A stretch of 64,000 nt of DNA from a virus (Duplodnaviria; Heunggongvirae; Uroviricota; Caudoviricetes): IMG/VR virus record IMGVR_UViG_3300020451_002055; one strand, given 5' to 3'. The notes below the pieces were generated by a model. It searched no databases, was not told the origin of the DNA, and worked only from the letters and a program-made list of their open reading frames with translations. How positions within the stretch are numbered: the first letter of the stretch is position 1; each line of letters begins with the position of its first letter. The position numbers and the translations under genes were made by a program. Shown here in pieces: positions 27,096-36,759 of the stretch.

Positions 27096-27821
27096 ATGAA
27101 CATTTTGATACCGATGGCAGGTTTAGGTAGCCGTTTCTCAGAGGCAGGATATGATGTTCCTAAGCCTCTGATTGAGTTTCATGGCAAGACCATGATTCAG
27201 CATGCCGTAGATACCCTCGGAGTAGAAGGGCAGCTAATCTTCTGTGTCCACGCAGATCATTGCAACGAACACGGTCTAGATCAGAAGCTATTGGAGTTCT
27301 ATCCAGACTGCAGAATTGTTGTTACCGACGAACTAACAGACGGCCCGGCATCGACTTGTATGCTTGCTCGGATGTGGTTCGAGAACGATGATCCTCTCAT
27401 CATGACAAACTGCGATCAGTATATGATGTGGAACGGCTCAGAGTTTCAATCGTTCCTTGACGAAACAGATGCAGATGGCGTTCTTGTGACATATTACACG
27501 GACGTTGAGCATAACAGCTACGCAAAAGTCAATGACCAGGGGCTTGTTACTCTTGTCAGAGAGAAAGAAGTCATCAGCAGATATTCTACGAACGGCATCC
27601 ATTATTGGAAGAAGGGCCGTTCATTCTGCCAGTCGTATGATGAGATGGTCAGGCAAGATGATAGGACAAATGGAGAGTTTTATGTCGCTCCGAGCTATAA
27701 CTACCTCATAGAACGGAACTTCAAGATACGCATCTACGACATAGACCCGAGTCTGCATCACGCAACAGGTACGCCAGATGATTTGAACAGGCTACTAGGC
27801 ATTTTGAAGGATGAAGCATGA
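27096..27821 (+). CDS. NTP-transferase-fold (sugar nucleotidyltransferase-like) protein
   Basis: MNILIPMAGLGSRF..GY..PKPLI, NCDQ, EKEVIS, NGEFYVAP, GTPDDL. Confidence 0.88.
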   Translation: MNILIPMAGLGSRFSEAGYDVPKPLIEFHGKTMIQHAVDTLGVEGQLIFCVHADHCNEHGLDQKLLEFYPDCRIVVTDELTDGPASTCMLARMWFENDDPLIMTNCDQYMMWNGSEFQSFLDETDADGVLVTYYTDVEHNSYAKVNDQGLVTLVREKEVISRYSTNGIHYWKKGRSFCQSYDEMVRQDDRTNGEFYVAPSYNYLIERNFKIRIYDIDPSLHHATGTPDDLNRLLGILKDEA

Positions 27822-28141
27822 AGGTAATGAAAATGAGCGAGATGAAAGGCGGCTGGTTCACTGGCGATTTTGAGCCGACCGCATTTCGAACCAAAGACTT
27901 CGAGGTTTGTTACAAGGTACATGCCAAAGGCGAGCAATGGCCGAAACACTACCACAAAGAAGCAACAGAGATCAACTATCTGATTCGAGGTCGTATGAGA
28001 ATCGGAGAAACGGAACTTGAGCAAGGAGACATCTTCGTCATTGAGCCGAATGAAGTTGCCGATCCCGAGTTCCATGAGGAGTGCGAACTAATCGTCGTCA
28101 AAACCCCTTCGGTCATTGGCGACAAGTATGAGGTTGACTGA
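27818..28141 (+). CDS. Cupin-domain protein
   Basis: KGGWFTGDFEP, HYHKEATE, GDIFVIEP. Confidence 0.85.
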   Translation: MKVMKMSEMKGGWFTGDFEPTAFRTKDFEVCYKVHAKGEQWPKHYHKEATEINYLIRGRMRIGETELEQGDIFVIEPNEVADPEFHEECELIVVKTPSVIGDKYEVD

Positions 28142-29323
28142 ATGCGTATCTTTCGAAACAGCTATGATTTGGATAGCTATTTCATAGCAGACTTCTATGT
28201 TGAGTCATCTACCAATCTAAGAGACGCAGCATGGAACATTGCTATAGGGCAAAGCGTTGGGAACCCCAACGTCCGCAACAAATGGGAAACGGACGAGCTA
28301 TTCGAAAATCATTCATGCTTCATCATAGATAGCGAGGAACGGCTAGCTTCTATTCAAAGAGGCTACGTCAAGATAGCATACCCGATCAAGAACATCAACT
28401 GGAAAGAAGATGGAGTATCTCAGCTTCTATGTCACCTAATGGGAGGGCAGCTTGACATCGATATCATACGAGCATGCCACCTCGTTGATCTAACCCTTCC
28501 TGCTCATGTTGAAGAACAGTTTCCTAAGCCCAAGTACGGGATCAAGGGTATACGAGACTTTACCGGTGTTCATGGGAAACCTTTGCTCGGAGGCATTGTA
28601 AAACCGAAGACCGGACTATCTCCCGAGGCCCTGCTTGACATCGTTGCTCAGATGGTTGAAGGCGGAGTCAACTTCATCAAAGAAGACGAGATCATGGCTA
28701 ATCCGGAGTTCTGCACAATAGGGCAAAGGCTTCCGGCAATCTCAGACTATCTTCAAGGCAAGAACGTAATCTACTGCGTCTGTATCAATGGAGACTATCC
28801 GTATATCTTTGACCGCGCAAAACAAGTCGCCGACCTTGGCGGCAATGGCATACATATCAACTTCTGGTCAGGTTTTGGAACCTACAAAGCAGTCAGAGAG
28901 CTTGACCTACCCTTGTTCATGCATTTCCAAAAGAGCGGAGACAAGATACTGACCGATAGCAGTCATCGGTTCCATATCAAGTGGACGGTCATCTGCAAGC
29001 TAGCGGGCCTAGTTGGAACGGACTTCATACATGCGGGCATGTGGGGCGGCTATATGTCGGAAGACGAAGGCAGTCTAACAGATGTTCTCGATACTCTGTA
29101 TCAGTATGATGTCATGCCCGCCCTTAGCTGCGGCATGCATCCCGGCCTAGTCAGCGCCATCGAATCAAGGTTCGGAACAAAATGGATGGCGAACTGCGGA
29201 GGCAGCATACATGGTCATAGGGATGGAACGAAAGCAGGAGCCCTTGCTATGTCGCAAGCAATCTCGGGCGAGCATGGACCAGAATATGATTGGGCCGTCA
29301 AAGAATGGGGACTGATTCAGTAA
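28142..29323 (+). CDS. RuBisCO-like protein (form IV, non-carboxylating)
   Basis: GGIVKPKTGL, GVNFIKEDE, DFIHAG, PALSCGMHPG, GGSIHGH..G..AGA. Confidence 0.93.
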   Translation: MRIFRNSYDLDSYFIADFYVESSTNLRDAAWNIAIGQSVGNPNVRNKWETDELFENHSCFIIDSEERLASIQRGYVKIAYPIKNINWKEDGVSQLLCHLMGGQLDIDIIRACHLVDLTLPAHVEEQFPKPKYGIKGIRDFTGVHGKPLLGGIVKPKTGLSPEALLDIVAQMVEGGVNFIKEDEIMANPEFCTIGQRLPAISDYLQGKNVIYCVCINGDYPYIFDRAKQVADLGGNGIHINFWSGFGTYKAVRELDLPLFMHFQKSGDKILTDSSHRFHIKWTVICKLAGLVGTDFIHAGMWGGYMSEDEGSLTDVLDTLYQYDVMPALSCGMHPGLVSAIESRFGTKWMANCGGSIHGHRDGTKAGALAMSQAISGEHGPEYDWAVKEWGLIQ

Positions 29324-29937
29324 TGTACGGTCTCAAATACATACCCGATTTAGGAAGTCAAGAAAAGAACGACCAAGACTATCCCTACATATGGAAGGAA
29401 GTCGCTCAAGAGTTCTCTGTCAGAAACCATGAAGTCCTGCGAGATCAACTGCTGTCCATTAAAGACCGCTGCGATGTCATACTTGAAATAGGCGTTGCTC
29501 GAAACGGAGAGCAATCATCATTCAAAAGCATCGTAGAAAACAAGAAGAACGATGCTATATATCTCGGAGTAGATATAGAAGATCGATCATGGATAGCGGA
29601 TATACCGAACAACATCTACTTCGTTATGACAAACTCATCTCATACGAAGTTTATCATGGACGAAGTTGAGCGTCTCTCTGGTAAGAGGGAAATCGATCTG
29701 CTTCATATCGATGGATGGCATTCTGTCAATCAGATAGTTGATGACTTCAAGTTCGCAGAATATCTCAGTCCGCATGGCATCATAGTCTGCCATGACACCT
29801 CTGCTCATCCAGGTCCGATTGAGCTATTCAAAGCTCTAGATGAAGACGTATTCGTTGGTCAGACTTTCTTTTCAGAACGCAACGATGACTGGGGTATCGG
29901 AATCATCAAGAGAGTTGCTGCTGACGCTCTCGAATGA
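29323..29937 (+). CDS. Class I SAM methyltransferase (Methyltransf_24-like)
   Basis: ILEIGV, GVDI, IDLLHIDGWHS, GIIVCHDT; TAATG overlap with RLP. Confidence 0.8.
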   Translation: MYGLKYIPDLGSQEKNDQDYPYIWKEVAQEFSVRNHEVLRDQLLSIKDRCDVILEIGVARNGEQSSFKSIVENKKNDAIYLGVDIEDRSWIADIPNNIYFVMTNSSHTKFIMDEVERLSGKREIDLLHIDGWHSVNQIVDDFKFAEYLSPHGIIVCHDTSAHPGPIELFKALDEDVFVGQTFFSERNDDWGIGIIKRVAADALE

Positions 29938-30595
29938 TATTGCGGATACCCTTTGTCAGGACAACCTTCGATTCTGTTGGCTTGATATCATCAAAGTATC
30001 GAAGACCACACATGATTCGACCTTCATGCTCCCAAGGGTCTCTCGAAGTCAATGCTTTCTCGATGTAAGAACGATCGACTTCTTGTCCCATCCATGCATA
30101 AATATCCGATGCCTGGTTGATAGGGTCTTCGATGAGCTTGCTGTAGTCTACGACATACGGATCAGTAACAGTCGGAAGCCATTTCGAGACGACGGGCACT
30201 GAGTCGAAATAGTCATTGACGCAGTTCGCTGGCTTGTGACCAAACGTTTTGACCTGCGAGTTGATAGCCCCCATTGGGTCTCGAACGATATGGATAACCT
30301 TGGCTTCGGGAAACAGACTGAGCATCTTCTTGACGCTCTGCCTTGCCTGCTTGAATGTTGAATACGGAATCTTCTGACCGGAACGAATGGACATGATGGC
30401 TCCGGTCTTTTTCTTGGCCTGAGTCGCATCGTATGTCATTGTCTTGATAGCATGCTCTCTCGACTTGGCATCAAGAAGAAGCTTCCTTCGTTCATGGACC
30501 AACTCATACTTGAGGCCTGGATGCATAGATACTACTCGCCTCAGAAGCGTAGTGCCCGATCGCTCGTATCCTATGATCAAGAATGGAGTGTTCAT
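29906..30595 (-). CDS. Sulfotransferase family protein
   Basis: 5'-PSB IIGYERSGTTLL; 3'-PB IHIVRDP..AINS; YSKLIEDP. Confidence 0.85.
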   Translation of the reverse strand: MNTPFLIIGYERSGTTLLRRVVSMHPGLKYELVHERRKLLLDAKSREHAIKTMTYDATQAKKKTGAIMSIRSGQKIPYSTFKQARQSVKKMLSLFPEAKVIHIVRDPMGAINSQVKTFGHKPANCVNDYFDSVPVVSKWLPTVTDPYVVDYSKLIEDPINQASDIYAWMGQEVDRSYIEKALTSRDPWEHEGRIMCGLRYFDDIKPTESKVVLTKGIRNIIRERQQQLS

Positions 30596-31326
30596 AGAGA
30601 GTGCCTCACGCTGAATATCTCATCTGACAAACCGACTAGTTCGTCGTCCTCGAAAATTTTGCGGTAGACCGCATTGTCTCTAAACGCTTGCCATCGATTG
30701 AATAGATCGTTCTTGTTCAAAGACTTTGTTCCGGTAAAGCTGCTGCCGCCTCCATGAGCAGGAACGTAGTCTATCTGAGCGTCCTTGAAGTTTAGGTGCA
30801 AACTCTCTGCCAACTGTTTCCGGTAATCCTTACTGATGGCCCATTCATTGTAGTTGATGAACCTCGAAGACGCAGGCAGAATAGATGTATGACCCAACGA
30901 TTCATAAGCAAGAGCCTTCCATTCTGGTATGATCTTGTCGTATATGTATTCATCTCTTGCTTCGTTTGCTTTTCCCTTAGACGGGTATAGCTTCGCTTCT
31001 TTATTCTGCCAGTTCTTCAAAAACGAAGCCATCATATTGTACGGGTCTCTCAGCGAATAGAGGATAATCCTATCTGACAGAGATGAGAAGGCAGGTATCT
31101 CCTTGCTCATCCTATCAAACTCGGATAGGCAGCATTGATGCTTACCGTGCTGAACGTTCTCTCGCAACACCCTTACCGAGCCGTCATTCATGTCCTCATT
31201 GAAATAGGCTCTCATGCCGTTCTTGGTCAGCATTTGGACATCGCCCTCTATCTCTCCGAGTATCCAATACAAGACGGCGTTTCCGCCGCCTCTGCCCATG
31301 CAAAAGAGATAGATATGCCGATACAT
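30592..31326 (-). CDS. Divergent sulfotransferase-like protein
   Basis: FCMGRGGGNAV, LRDPYNMMAS, INYNEW, GGGSSF; TGATG coupling. Confidence 0.6.
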   Translation of the reverse strand: MYRHIYLFCMGRGGGNAVLYWILGEIEGDVQMLTKNGMRAYFNEDMNDGSVRVLRENVQHGKHQCCLSEFDRMSKEIPAFSSLSDRIILYSLRDPYNMMASFLKNWQNKEAKLYPSKGKANEARDEYIYDKIIPEWKALAYESLGHTSILPASSRFINYNEWAISKDYRKQLAESLHLNFKDAQIDYVPAHGGGSSFTGTKSLNKNDLFNRWQAFRDNAVYRKIFEDDELVGLSDEIFSVRHSL

Positions 31327-31985
31327 CAACCAATGCCCTTCCAAGTGGCCCCGTTTGTAGTCCAATGATGAGTGCATTCCATAGAGGGGTCGTAGAGTAT
31401 CTTGCGATCTGCCTCAATAACATCTTTGGCCCAATAGCGATCCTCTTTGCCGTAGAGTTCTTCGTCAAACGGAAACTCCTGAAGAACCGACTTGCGGTAG
31501 CATGCCATGGCATTGTGCAAGAACCACCTATCTTCTTCCTCTGCCCATGGATTTTCTTTGGGCTCTGCTCCAAAGTTGTGCCATATGTACCTTCTGCTAA
31601 TCCGTCTGCCTTTGTAAACTGGTATCTGCTTGCCAAAAACAGAAGCATATGACTTGAGCTTTTCCTCAATGTCCGACGCATCAAAACGAGTAATGATACA
31701 ATGAGCAGAGAGTATCATTAGATGTTCATTGCTCGCCATCTCGACAGCATGATTGATCGAACGACCAGGAGAGTAGTCCTCTATACTTCCAACCTTGATG
31801 TCATGCCATTTCTCGAACATGCGAACGATATCCATTGAATCATCGCTGCTATTGTTGTCCATGACGATGATCTCAGGATCTCGTAGCGAATCAACAACAG
31901 ACTGAATAGCATAGCCAATGAACCGCTCCTCGTTGCGGTTTCGGATGATTACGGAGTAGTTAGGACCATCTTCCTGCATAGACAT
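31326..31985 (-). CDS. Glycosyltransferase family 2
   Basis: SVIIRNRNEE, MDNNSSDDS, LSAH, FDEEL..KEDRYW. Confidence 0.88.
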   Translation of the reverse strand: MSMQEDGPNYSVIIRNRNEERFIGYAIQSVVDSLRDPEIIVMDNNSSDDSMDIVRMFEKWHDIKVGSIEDYSPGRSINHAVEMASNEHLMILSAHCIITRFDASDIEEKLKSYASVFGKQIPVYKGRRISRRYIWHNFGAEPKENPWAEEEDRWFLHNAMACYRKSVLQEFPFDEELYGKEDRYWAKDVIEADRKILYDPSMECTHHWTTNGATWKGIG

Positions 31986-32745
31986 CTCTCGCTTCCTGCT
32001 CGCACTGTTGGTAATCTCTGCCTCGATCTACTTGCATGAGGTTGACTTCTCTCATGTAGTTGGCAATGATTTCGAGGTCTTCCGGAAGCAAAGCGAACTT
32101 GTTATCTCGACCCGGAAGAGTCTTGTCAGTAGTGAAATGCTTTTCGATGTATTCGCAACCCATGGTTGCTGCAGCGATAGCATCGAAGTATCCATCGTAG
32201 TGGCCGCTATAGCCAACTCTAGGAGTCAAAGATCGAAGACCTTCGATGCGTTGAAGGTTGACCTGATCTGCGGGACAAGGGTAAGAGGAGACGCAATGCA
32301 GCAGAACAACATTGCCGTACTCCGCCCATCTGCTTGCTTCTTCGAACTTAGTGGCTCCGGTTGAGATAAGGACGGTATTGAACATATTGATGGCTTCAAG
32401 AACAAGCTCTTCGTTCGTGCATTCCGTGCTAGCTATCTTGACCATATCGCCAAGCTCCCGAATCATCGGAAGGTCGGCTTTATTGAAACATGATGTTAGA
32501 AAACCAATGTTCGCATCTCTGCAGAAATCTGCAAGCTGATGATGCTGATCTCTATTGATTTGAGCCTTCTCGTATATCTGGCGACGACCGTCGTCGTCCC
32601 AAGGTCCGGACTTCAGATTGTCAACGCTCCAAGTCTGAAACTTGGCGTAGTCTGCTCCGGATTGAGCAGCAGCAAATACCATAGACTTAGCCAAATCCAT
32701 GTCGCCCATATGATTCCAGCCGATTTCTGCGATTAGCTTAGACAT
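31960..32745 (-). CDS. neuB: NeuB-family ulosonic acid synthase 1 (no SAF domain)
   Basis: IAEIGWNHMGD, AKFQ, KIAS, ISTG, LHCVSSYP, GYSGH, IEKHFT. Confidence 0.9.
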   Translation of the reverse strand: MSKLIAEIGWNHMGDMDLAKSMVFAAAQSGADYAKFQTWSVDNLKSGPWDDDGRRQIYEKAQINRDQHHQLADFCRDANIGFLTSCFNKADLPMIRELGDMVKIASTECTNEELVLEAINMFNTVLISTGATKFEEASRWAEYGNVVLLHCVSSYPCPADQVNLQRIEGLRSLTPRVGYSGHYDGYFDAIAAATMGCEYIEKHFTTDKTLPGRDNKFALLPEDLEIIANYMREVNLMQVDRGRDYQQCEQEARDVYAGRWS

Positions 32746-33385
32746 GTGATCCTTTCTCATTGAACCAAAGGGTATCTTGCCTGAACTTAGAGCAAGATAC
32801 GAATCCGATTTCCTCAAGAAGCCCTCTCAGGCTATCTTCGGAAGATTCAATCAAAAGCCACTTGGCTTTGGCTACAGCTTCTTTGCCATGGGCAACAATG
32901 ATCTCATCCGCTTCTTCAGCGTCAATTTTGATAAAGTCAGGTTGAACTTTATTTACTTTCGACCAATCATCTAAAACCTTGAAAGAAGCCATGCAAGCAA
33001 GCTTATCTGCTCCGACTCTGTACAGTCCAGTGTTCTGAACATCGTTTCTTTCTTGGGGTATACCCATTTGCAGATCAGCTTCTTCTTTCCAAAAGCCAAA
33101 GTTATGCAGATTGATATCGCAACCATACTTGGTCGCCTTAGATACATGCTTGCTAAGATACTCGAAGTTAGAACCAACAGGTTCAAAAGCGTGTATTACG
33201 GAACCCGGAAATGCTTCAGCAAAGGCCAGAGTATAGATACCCATGTTGGCTCCTATGTCCAATACTGTTTCAACCGAACAGCCTAAACCTGATTCCAGCA
33301 TGTATTCTTTGCAGCCTCGAACAGCCCTATAGTTGGCCTGAACAAGCTTCGGATTGACCATGTAATGATCTGACCACATGCCCAT
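32738..33385 (-). CDS. FkbM-family methyltransferase
   Basis: LDIGANMG, AFEP, FIKIDAE. Confidence 0.85.
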   Translation of the reverse strand: MGMWSDHYMVNPKLVQANYRAVRGCKEYMLESGLGCSVETVLDIGANMGIYTLAFAEAFPGSVIHAFEPVGSNFEYLSKHVSKATKYGCDINLHNFGFWKEEADLQMGIPQERNDVQNTGLYRVGADKLACMASFKVLDDWSKVNKVQPDFIKIDAEEADEIIVAHGKEAVAKAKWLLIESSEDSLRGLLEEIGFVSCSKFRQDTLWFNEKGSHV

Positions 33386-34164
33386 TAGCTTATCTCCTTA
33401 ATGTTTCCGCGTTCATCTACTTCTACAAAGCTTGAGTTTATCAGTTTGTTTCGAATGCCTTTTGGAGATGAACCCTTGGGGTTCTTTGTCTTCCAGCTTT
33501 CCACCCAAGGAGAAGGATGCAACTCTTCTATACTTGGCAATAATATGTCTTCATCCAAAAGCTCATTCAAAATGAACATAGCGTTGTTAGACTGAGTATC
33601 TGAAGGCAGCACGAAAAAGAGAGAATACCCATGAGCTTTGAGTAGATTATTGAAAGCGGCCAAAGAAGCCCCATAGTTTGAAGTACTATCTTTCCGGTAT
33701 TTTGCGTTGTATCTAACCGTGTAAGCCTGATCGTGCCTGAATACAGGATTGAACTCGACAACAATGATGCTAGCTATATATCCTGCTGACAAGACCGCAT
33801 GTAGGACATAAAAGTCCATGCTGTCAATATCGAGAGATAACAGATCAACTCTTTTAGGAGTTTCATACTTCTCCAAAAGAGAAACGATATTGTCCGGAGT
33901 CATCCATTCCTTATGAACAGAAGGGTGAGCGCCTCCCTTGGGGGCTCCGTCCATCTCGGTAGTCTTCCATCCTCGCGAATCTGCTAGGTGCCTGACATTG
34001 CTTCCTCTAATGCCGTTACCGCAACCTATGTCTATCGCAAACTTGTTGTCATCTGATATATAACGAAACACTTGATCTAGTATGCAGTCTTCGTTTGCTT
34101 CTGCGTACCAATTTCCAGAAGAACATGGGGACAAAGTTCTAATCCAGTTGCTATCTGAGTTCAT
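33385..34164 (-). CDS. FkbM-like methyltransferase
   Basis: IDIGCGNG..SN, DLLSLDIDSMD, VEFN, YGASL. Confidence 0.75.
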   Translation of the reverse strand: MNSDSNWIRTLSPCSSGNWYAEANEDCILDQVFRYISDDNKFAIDIGCGNGIRGSNVRHLADSRGWKTTEMDGAPKGGAHPSVHKEWMTPDNIVSLLEKYETPKRVDLLSLDIDSMDFYVLHAVLSAGYIASIIVVEFNPVFRHDQAYTVRYNAKYRKDSTSNYGASLAAFNNLLKAHGYSLFFVLPSDTQSNNAMFILNELLDEDILLPSIEELHPSPWVESWKTKNPKGSSPKGIRNKLINSSFVEVDERGNIKEIS

Positions 34165-35114
34165 GAAGGATTCCTATCAAACCATTGGTTTAGCTTATCA
34201 GCGATTCTGCCATACGCCATTTCTTGAGCTTCGATGCTCATTCCTCCGATATGAGGGGTAACAAGGATATTAGCTCCACCATGCATTGCCGCGAGTATTG
34301 GGCTGCCAGCTATATCTCCTTGTTCGTTCGCAAGAACATCAGTTGCATAACCCTTGAGATAGCCCATCTTGAGTGATTGCACCACATCTTCTTCGTCAAC
34401 TATCCCTCCGCGAGATGTATTGATGAGATAGCATCCATCAGACCTGCAGAATAGAGACTCGTCGATCATGTTATGAGTGGCTTCATCATGATGGACATGA
34501 ATGGCAACGATGTCGCATTCTTCAAATATCTCTTCTATCTCGACTTGCTCATATCTAGAGGGAGCAGGAACGAATGGATCGCATATTAGCACTCTCGATC
34601 CAAATGCATTGCAATAGTCTGCGTACATTGAGCCCAGCCTGCCGTATCCGATTACTCCAACCGTCAGCCTGTTCATCTGCCTGCCTACATATGGTTTGTA
34701 ATCCCAACGCCCGTCTCTGACTGATTCTGCAGCATCATTAATGTTGCGAACAATGCTAAGCGTTAGGCCGAAAGCAAGCTCTGCAGTTGAACTGATGTGC
34801 TTGATGGTCTGATAGTCAGTTGTCAGACTGATGATTTCTATGCCAGCTTCTTTGCAGAACGCCTTGTCAATATGGTCGGTCCCGGTAGAGGCAGTTGCTA
34901 TGACCTTGACGGACGAGCCTTCAAGCAATGCTCGGTCAAGCTTGTATGTCTGCTTGTTGGGATTGACGAAAAGAGCAGTAGGCTCTAGTTCGCTGATCAG
35001 AAACTTAGCCTTGTCCATATCCGCATCGGGATAGTTGAACGCCTGAGCTTTCTGCTTTAGCTTTCCGACAACTCCGGGTATATGATCTACAGGCGTCAAG
35101 CAAAGGGTCTTCAT
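34161..35114 (-). CDS. D-isomer-specific 2-hydroxyacid dehydrogenase
   Basis: STGTDHID, IGYGRLG, INTSRG, TPHIGG. Confidence 0.9.
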   Translation of the reverse strand: MKTLCLTPVDHIPGVVGKLKQKAQAFNYPDADMDKAKFLISELEPTALFVNPNKQTYKLDRALLEGSSVKVIATASTGTDHIDKAFCKEAGIEIISLTTDYQTIKHISSTAELAFGLTLSIVRNINDAAESVRDGRWDYKPYVGRQMNRLTVGVIGYGRLGSMYADYCNAFGSRVLICDPFVPAPSRYEQVEIEEIFEECDIVAIHVHHDEATHNMIDESLFCRSDGCYLINTSRGGIVDEEDVVQSLKMGYLKGYATDVLANEQGDIAGSPILAAMHGGANILVTPHIGGMSIEAQEMAYGRIADKLNQWFDRNPS

Positions 35115-35812
35115 TCCATCCCTCTTCTCTGTTCCAATATGGCAGCGGCAACGATGAGATCGAGCGGCTCATCAATGTTCAGCGTTCTTTCTTCGGGCAT
35201 GATGTATGCCAATGATTCTTTATCGTACCTTGACCTAGATGACAGCAAGAAGTCTTTTGTCATTGCATAGATAGAGCCATTTCTAACATAGGCAGCAGGC
35301 GTCAAGTCCTGTCTTCTGGTCTCCGGAATCTCCGGATAGAAGTCATTCATCTTCCCATTGTCCGACAGAAACTTGACTCTAGAGGGGTGGTGATCGTATA
35401 TTCTGACAACAGAAACAGCGGAGTGAGATTCCCTATCATCAAGCATTTCAATCACGCCGTCGATATCCTCTGCTATCTTCAGAGGATTGGTAGCCATGAT
35501 CTCAACAATGTAGTCATAGTCGTCTTGGATGGTCTCGACAGCATGAATCAATGCATCGGCAGAAGTTGCGGTGTCGCTCGCCAAGTCAGAAGGCCTCTCA
35601 ATCGTATCAACAGAAGAAGCCAAGGCGACTCCAATGATATCAGGATCGTCGGTAGAAACAACATATCGATCTATGTAGTTGCTGCCCTTGACAGCATCGA
35701 AGGTATATTCGATAAGCGGGCGACCATCGAGGTCGATAATGTTCTTGCGAGGCACTTTCTTGGAGCCTCCTCTCGCAAGAGTTACAGCTAGAACCTTCTT
35801 GCCATTGATCAT
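35111..35812 (-). CDS. neuA: CMP-ulosonic acid synthetase 1 (NeuA family)
   Basis: ARGGSKKVPRKN, VSTD, RP, RRQDL, NGSIY, NIDEPLD. Confidence 0.92.
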   Translation of the reverse strand: MINGKKVLAVTLARGGSKKVPRKNIIDLDGRPLIEYTFDAVKGSNYIDRYVVSTDDPDIIGVALASSVDTIERPSDLASDTATSADALIHAVETIQDDYDYIVEIMATNPLKIAEDIDGVIEMLDDRESHSAVSVVRIYDHHPSRVKFLSDNGKMNDFYPEIPETRRQDLTPAAYVRNGSIYAMTKDFLLSSRSRYDKESLAYIMPEERTLNIDEPLDLIVAAAILEQRRGME

Positions 35813-36759
35813 GTCATACTTAGCGTGCCCGAGTTTGGATCGTGGTTGTAGAACCGTTCAAGCAGCGTCCCCTTATACCTGCCTACTACCTTGCCGAATG
35901 ATTTGCGGTTGCCCCATTCAAAGCCCCACTTGCGTTTCCATATGTCAAGATGCTCCGCTTGTTCAAAGTAGTAGTTGTTCTCTTTGTTCTTCGTATATTG
36001 AGCGGAGTTGCGAGGAAGACCCATTTCTTGCTTGAGGTCTGGTCTGTGTTCTATGTAGAGATCAGGCAAAGCTACATTGTAGATGTTCTGTTTCAAGAAC
36101 TGAAAGCATACATCGTCCCATCCCAAATGAAATCTCAAGTCTTGGTCTGGTTGTATATTCTCTAGGTAGGATTGAACGTTGACCCCTATTGCGAACCAGG
36201 CCACTGACTCAATAGGAAAAGGCTTGCGATACTGCTTGTTCATACTAACTGCGGGATACAACTTCGGCCTAGCAGAATAGGACGAATACCATGCATAGCC
36301 TTCAAGGGGCGCTCTCGCCATAACTCCAAGCGGTCTGCCGCCTTTCCGCATGACCTTCATATGCTTACCGTGATTCTGAACCGTATCGGTAGCAAGAGCA
36401 TTGAAGCCGATAGTTCCGTATTCATCGAGGTCGCCCGCTTCTATCTTGCCTTTCAGTTTCTCGAAGAAGTCAGATTCAATGGGCCAGCAATCATGCTGAA
36501 ACCATAGCATCCATTTGATTCCTTGCTCCGCGAAATATCTGGCTGCTTGATGGGCGTTGTTCTGAACTCCGGGCACATCGCGATCTAGGTACTTGATGCC
36601 TTGAGCTTCGCAGAATTTTTGGCCGATGGCTCGCTGCTCTTCATCAGAGCCTTCATCAATATTGAGAACCGGGCAACCGCATGAAGACATATGAGGCCAC
36701 CAATGCTTTTCGAAGAAAGCATAGTTGTTCTTACTGACGACGTATACGCCTACGCTCAT
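35809..36759 (-). CDS. GT-A fold glycosyltransferase-like
   Basis: IDEGS, FQHDC, WDDVC; island context. Confidence 0.6.
   Translation of the reverse strand: MSVGVYVVSKNNYAFFEKHWWPHMSSCGCPVLNIDEGSDEEQRAIGQKFCEAQGIKYLDRDVPGVQNNAHQAARYFAEQGIKWMLWFQHDCWPIESDFFEKLKGKIEAGDLDEYGTIGFNALATDTVQNHGKHMKVMRKGGRPLGVMARAPLEGYAWYSSYSARPKLYPAVSMNKQYRKPFPIESVAWFAIGVNVQSYLENIQPDQDLRFHLGWDDVCFQFLKQNIYNVALPDLYIEHRPDLKQEMGLPRNSAQYTKNKENNYYFEQAEHLDIWKRKWGFEWGNRKSFGKVVGRYKGTLLERFYNHDPNSGTLSMT

Noticed and set aside
28142-29323. Phage-encoded CO2-fixing RuBisCO
   Set aside because: E60, N123, H294, R295 and K334 equivalents are missing, and there is no PRK or small subunit nearby.
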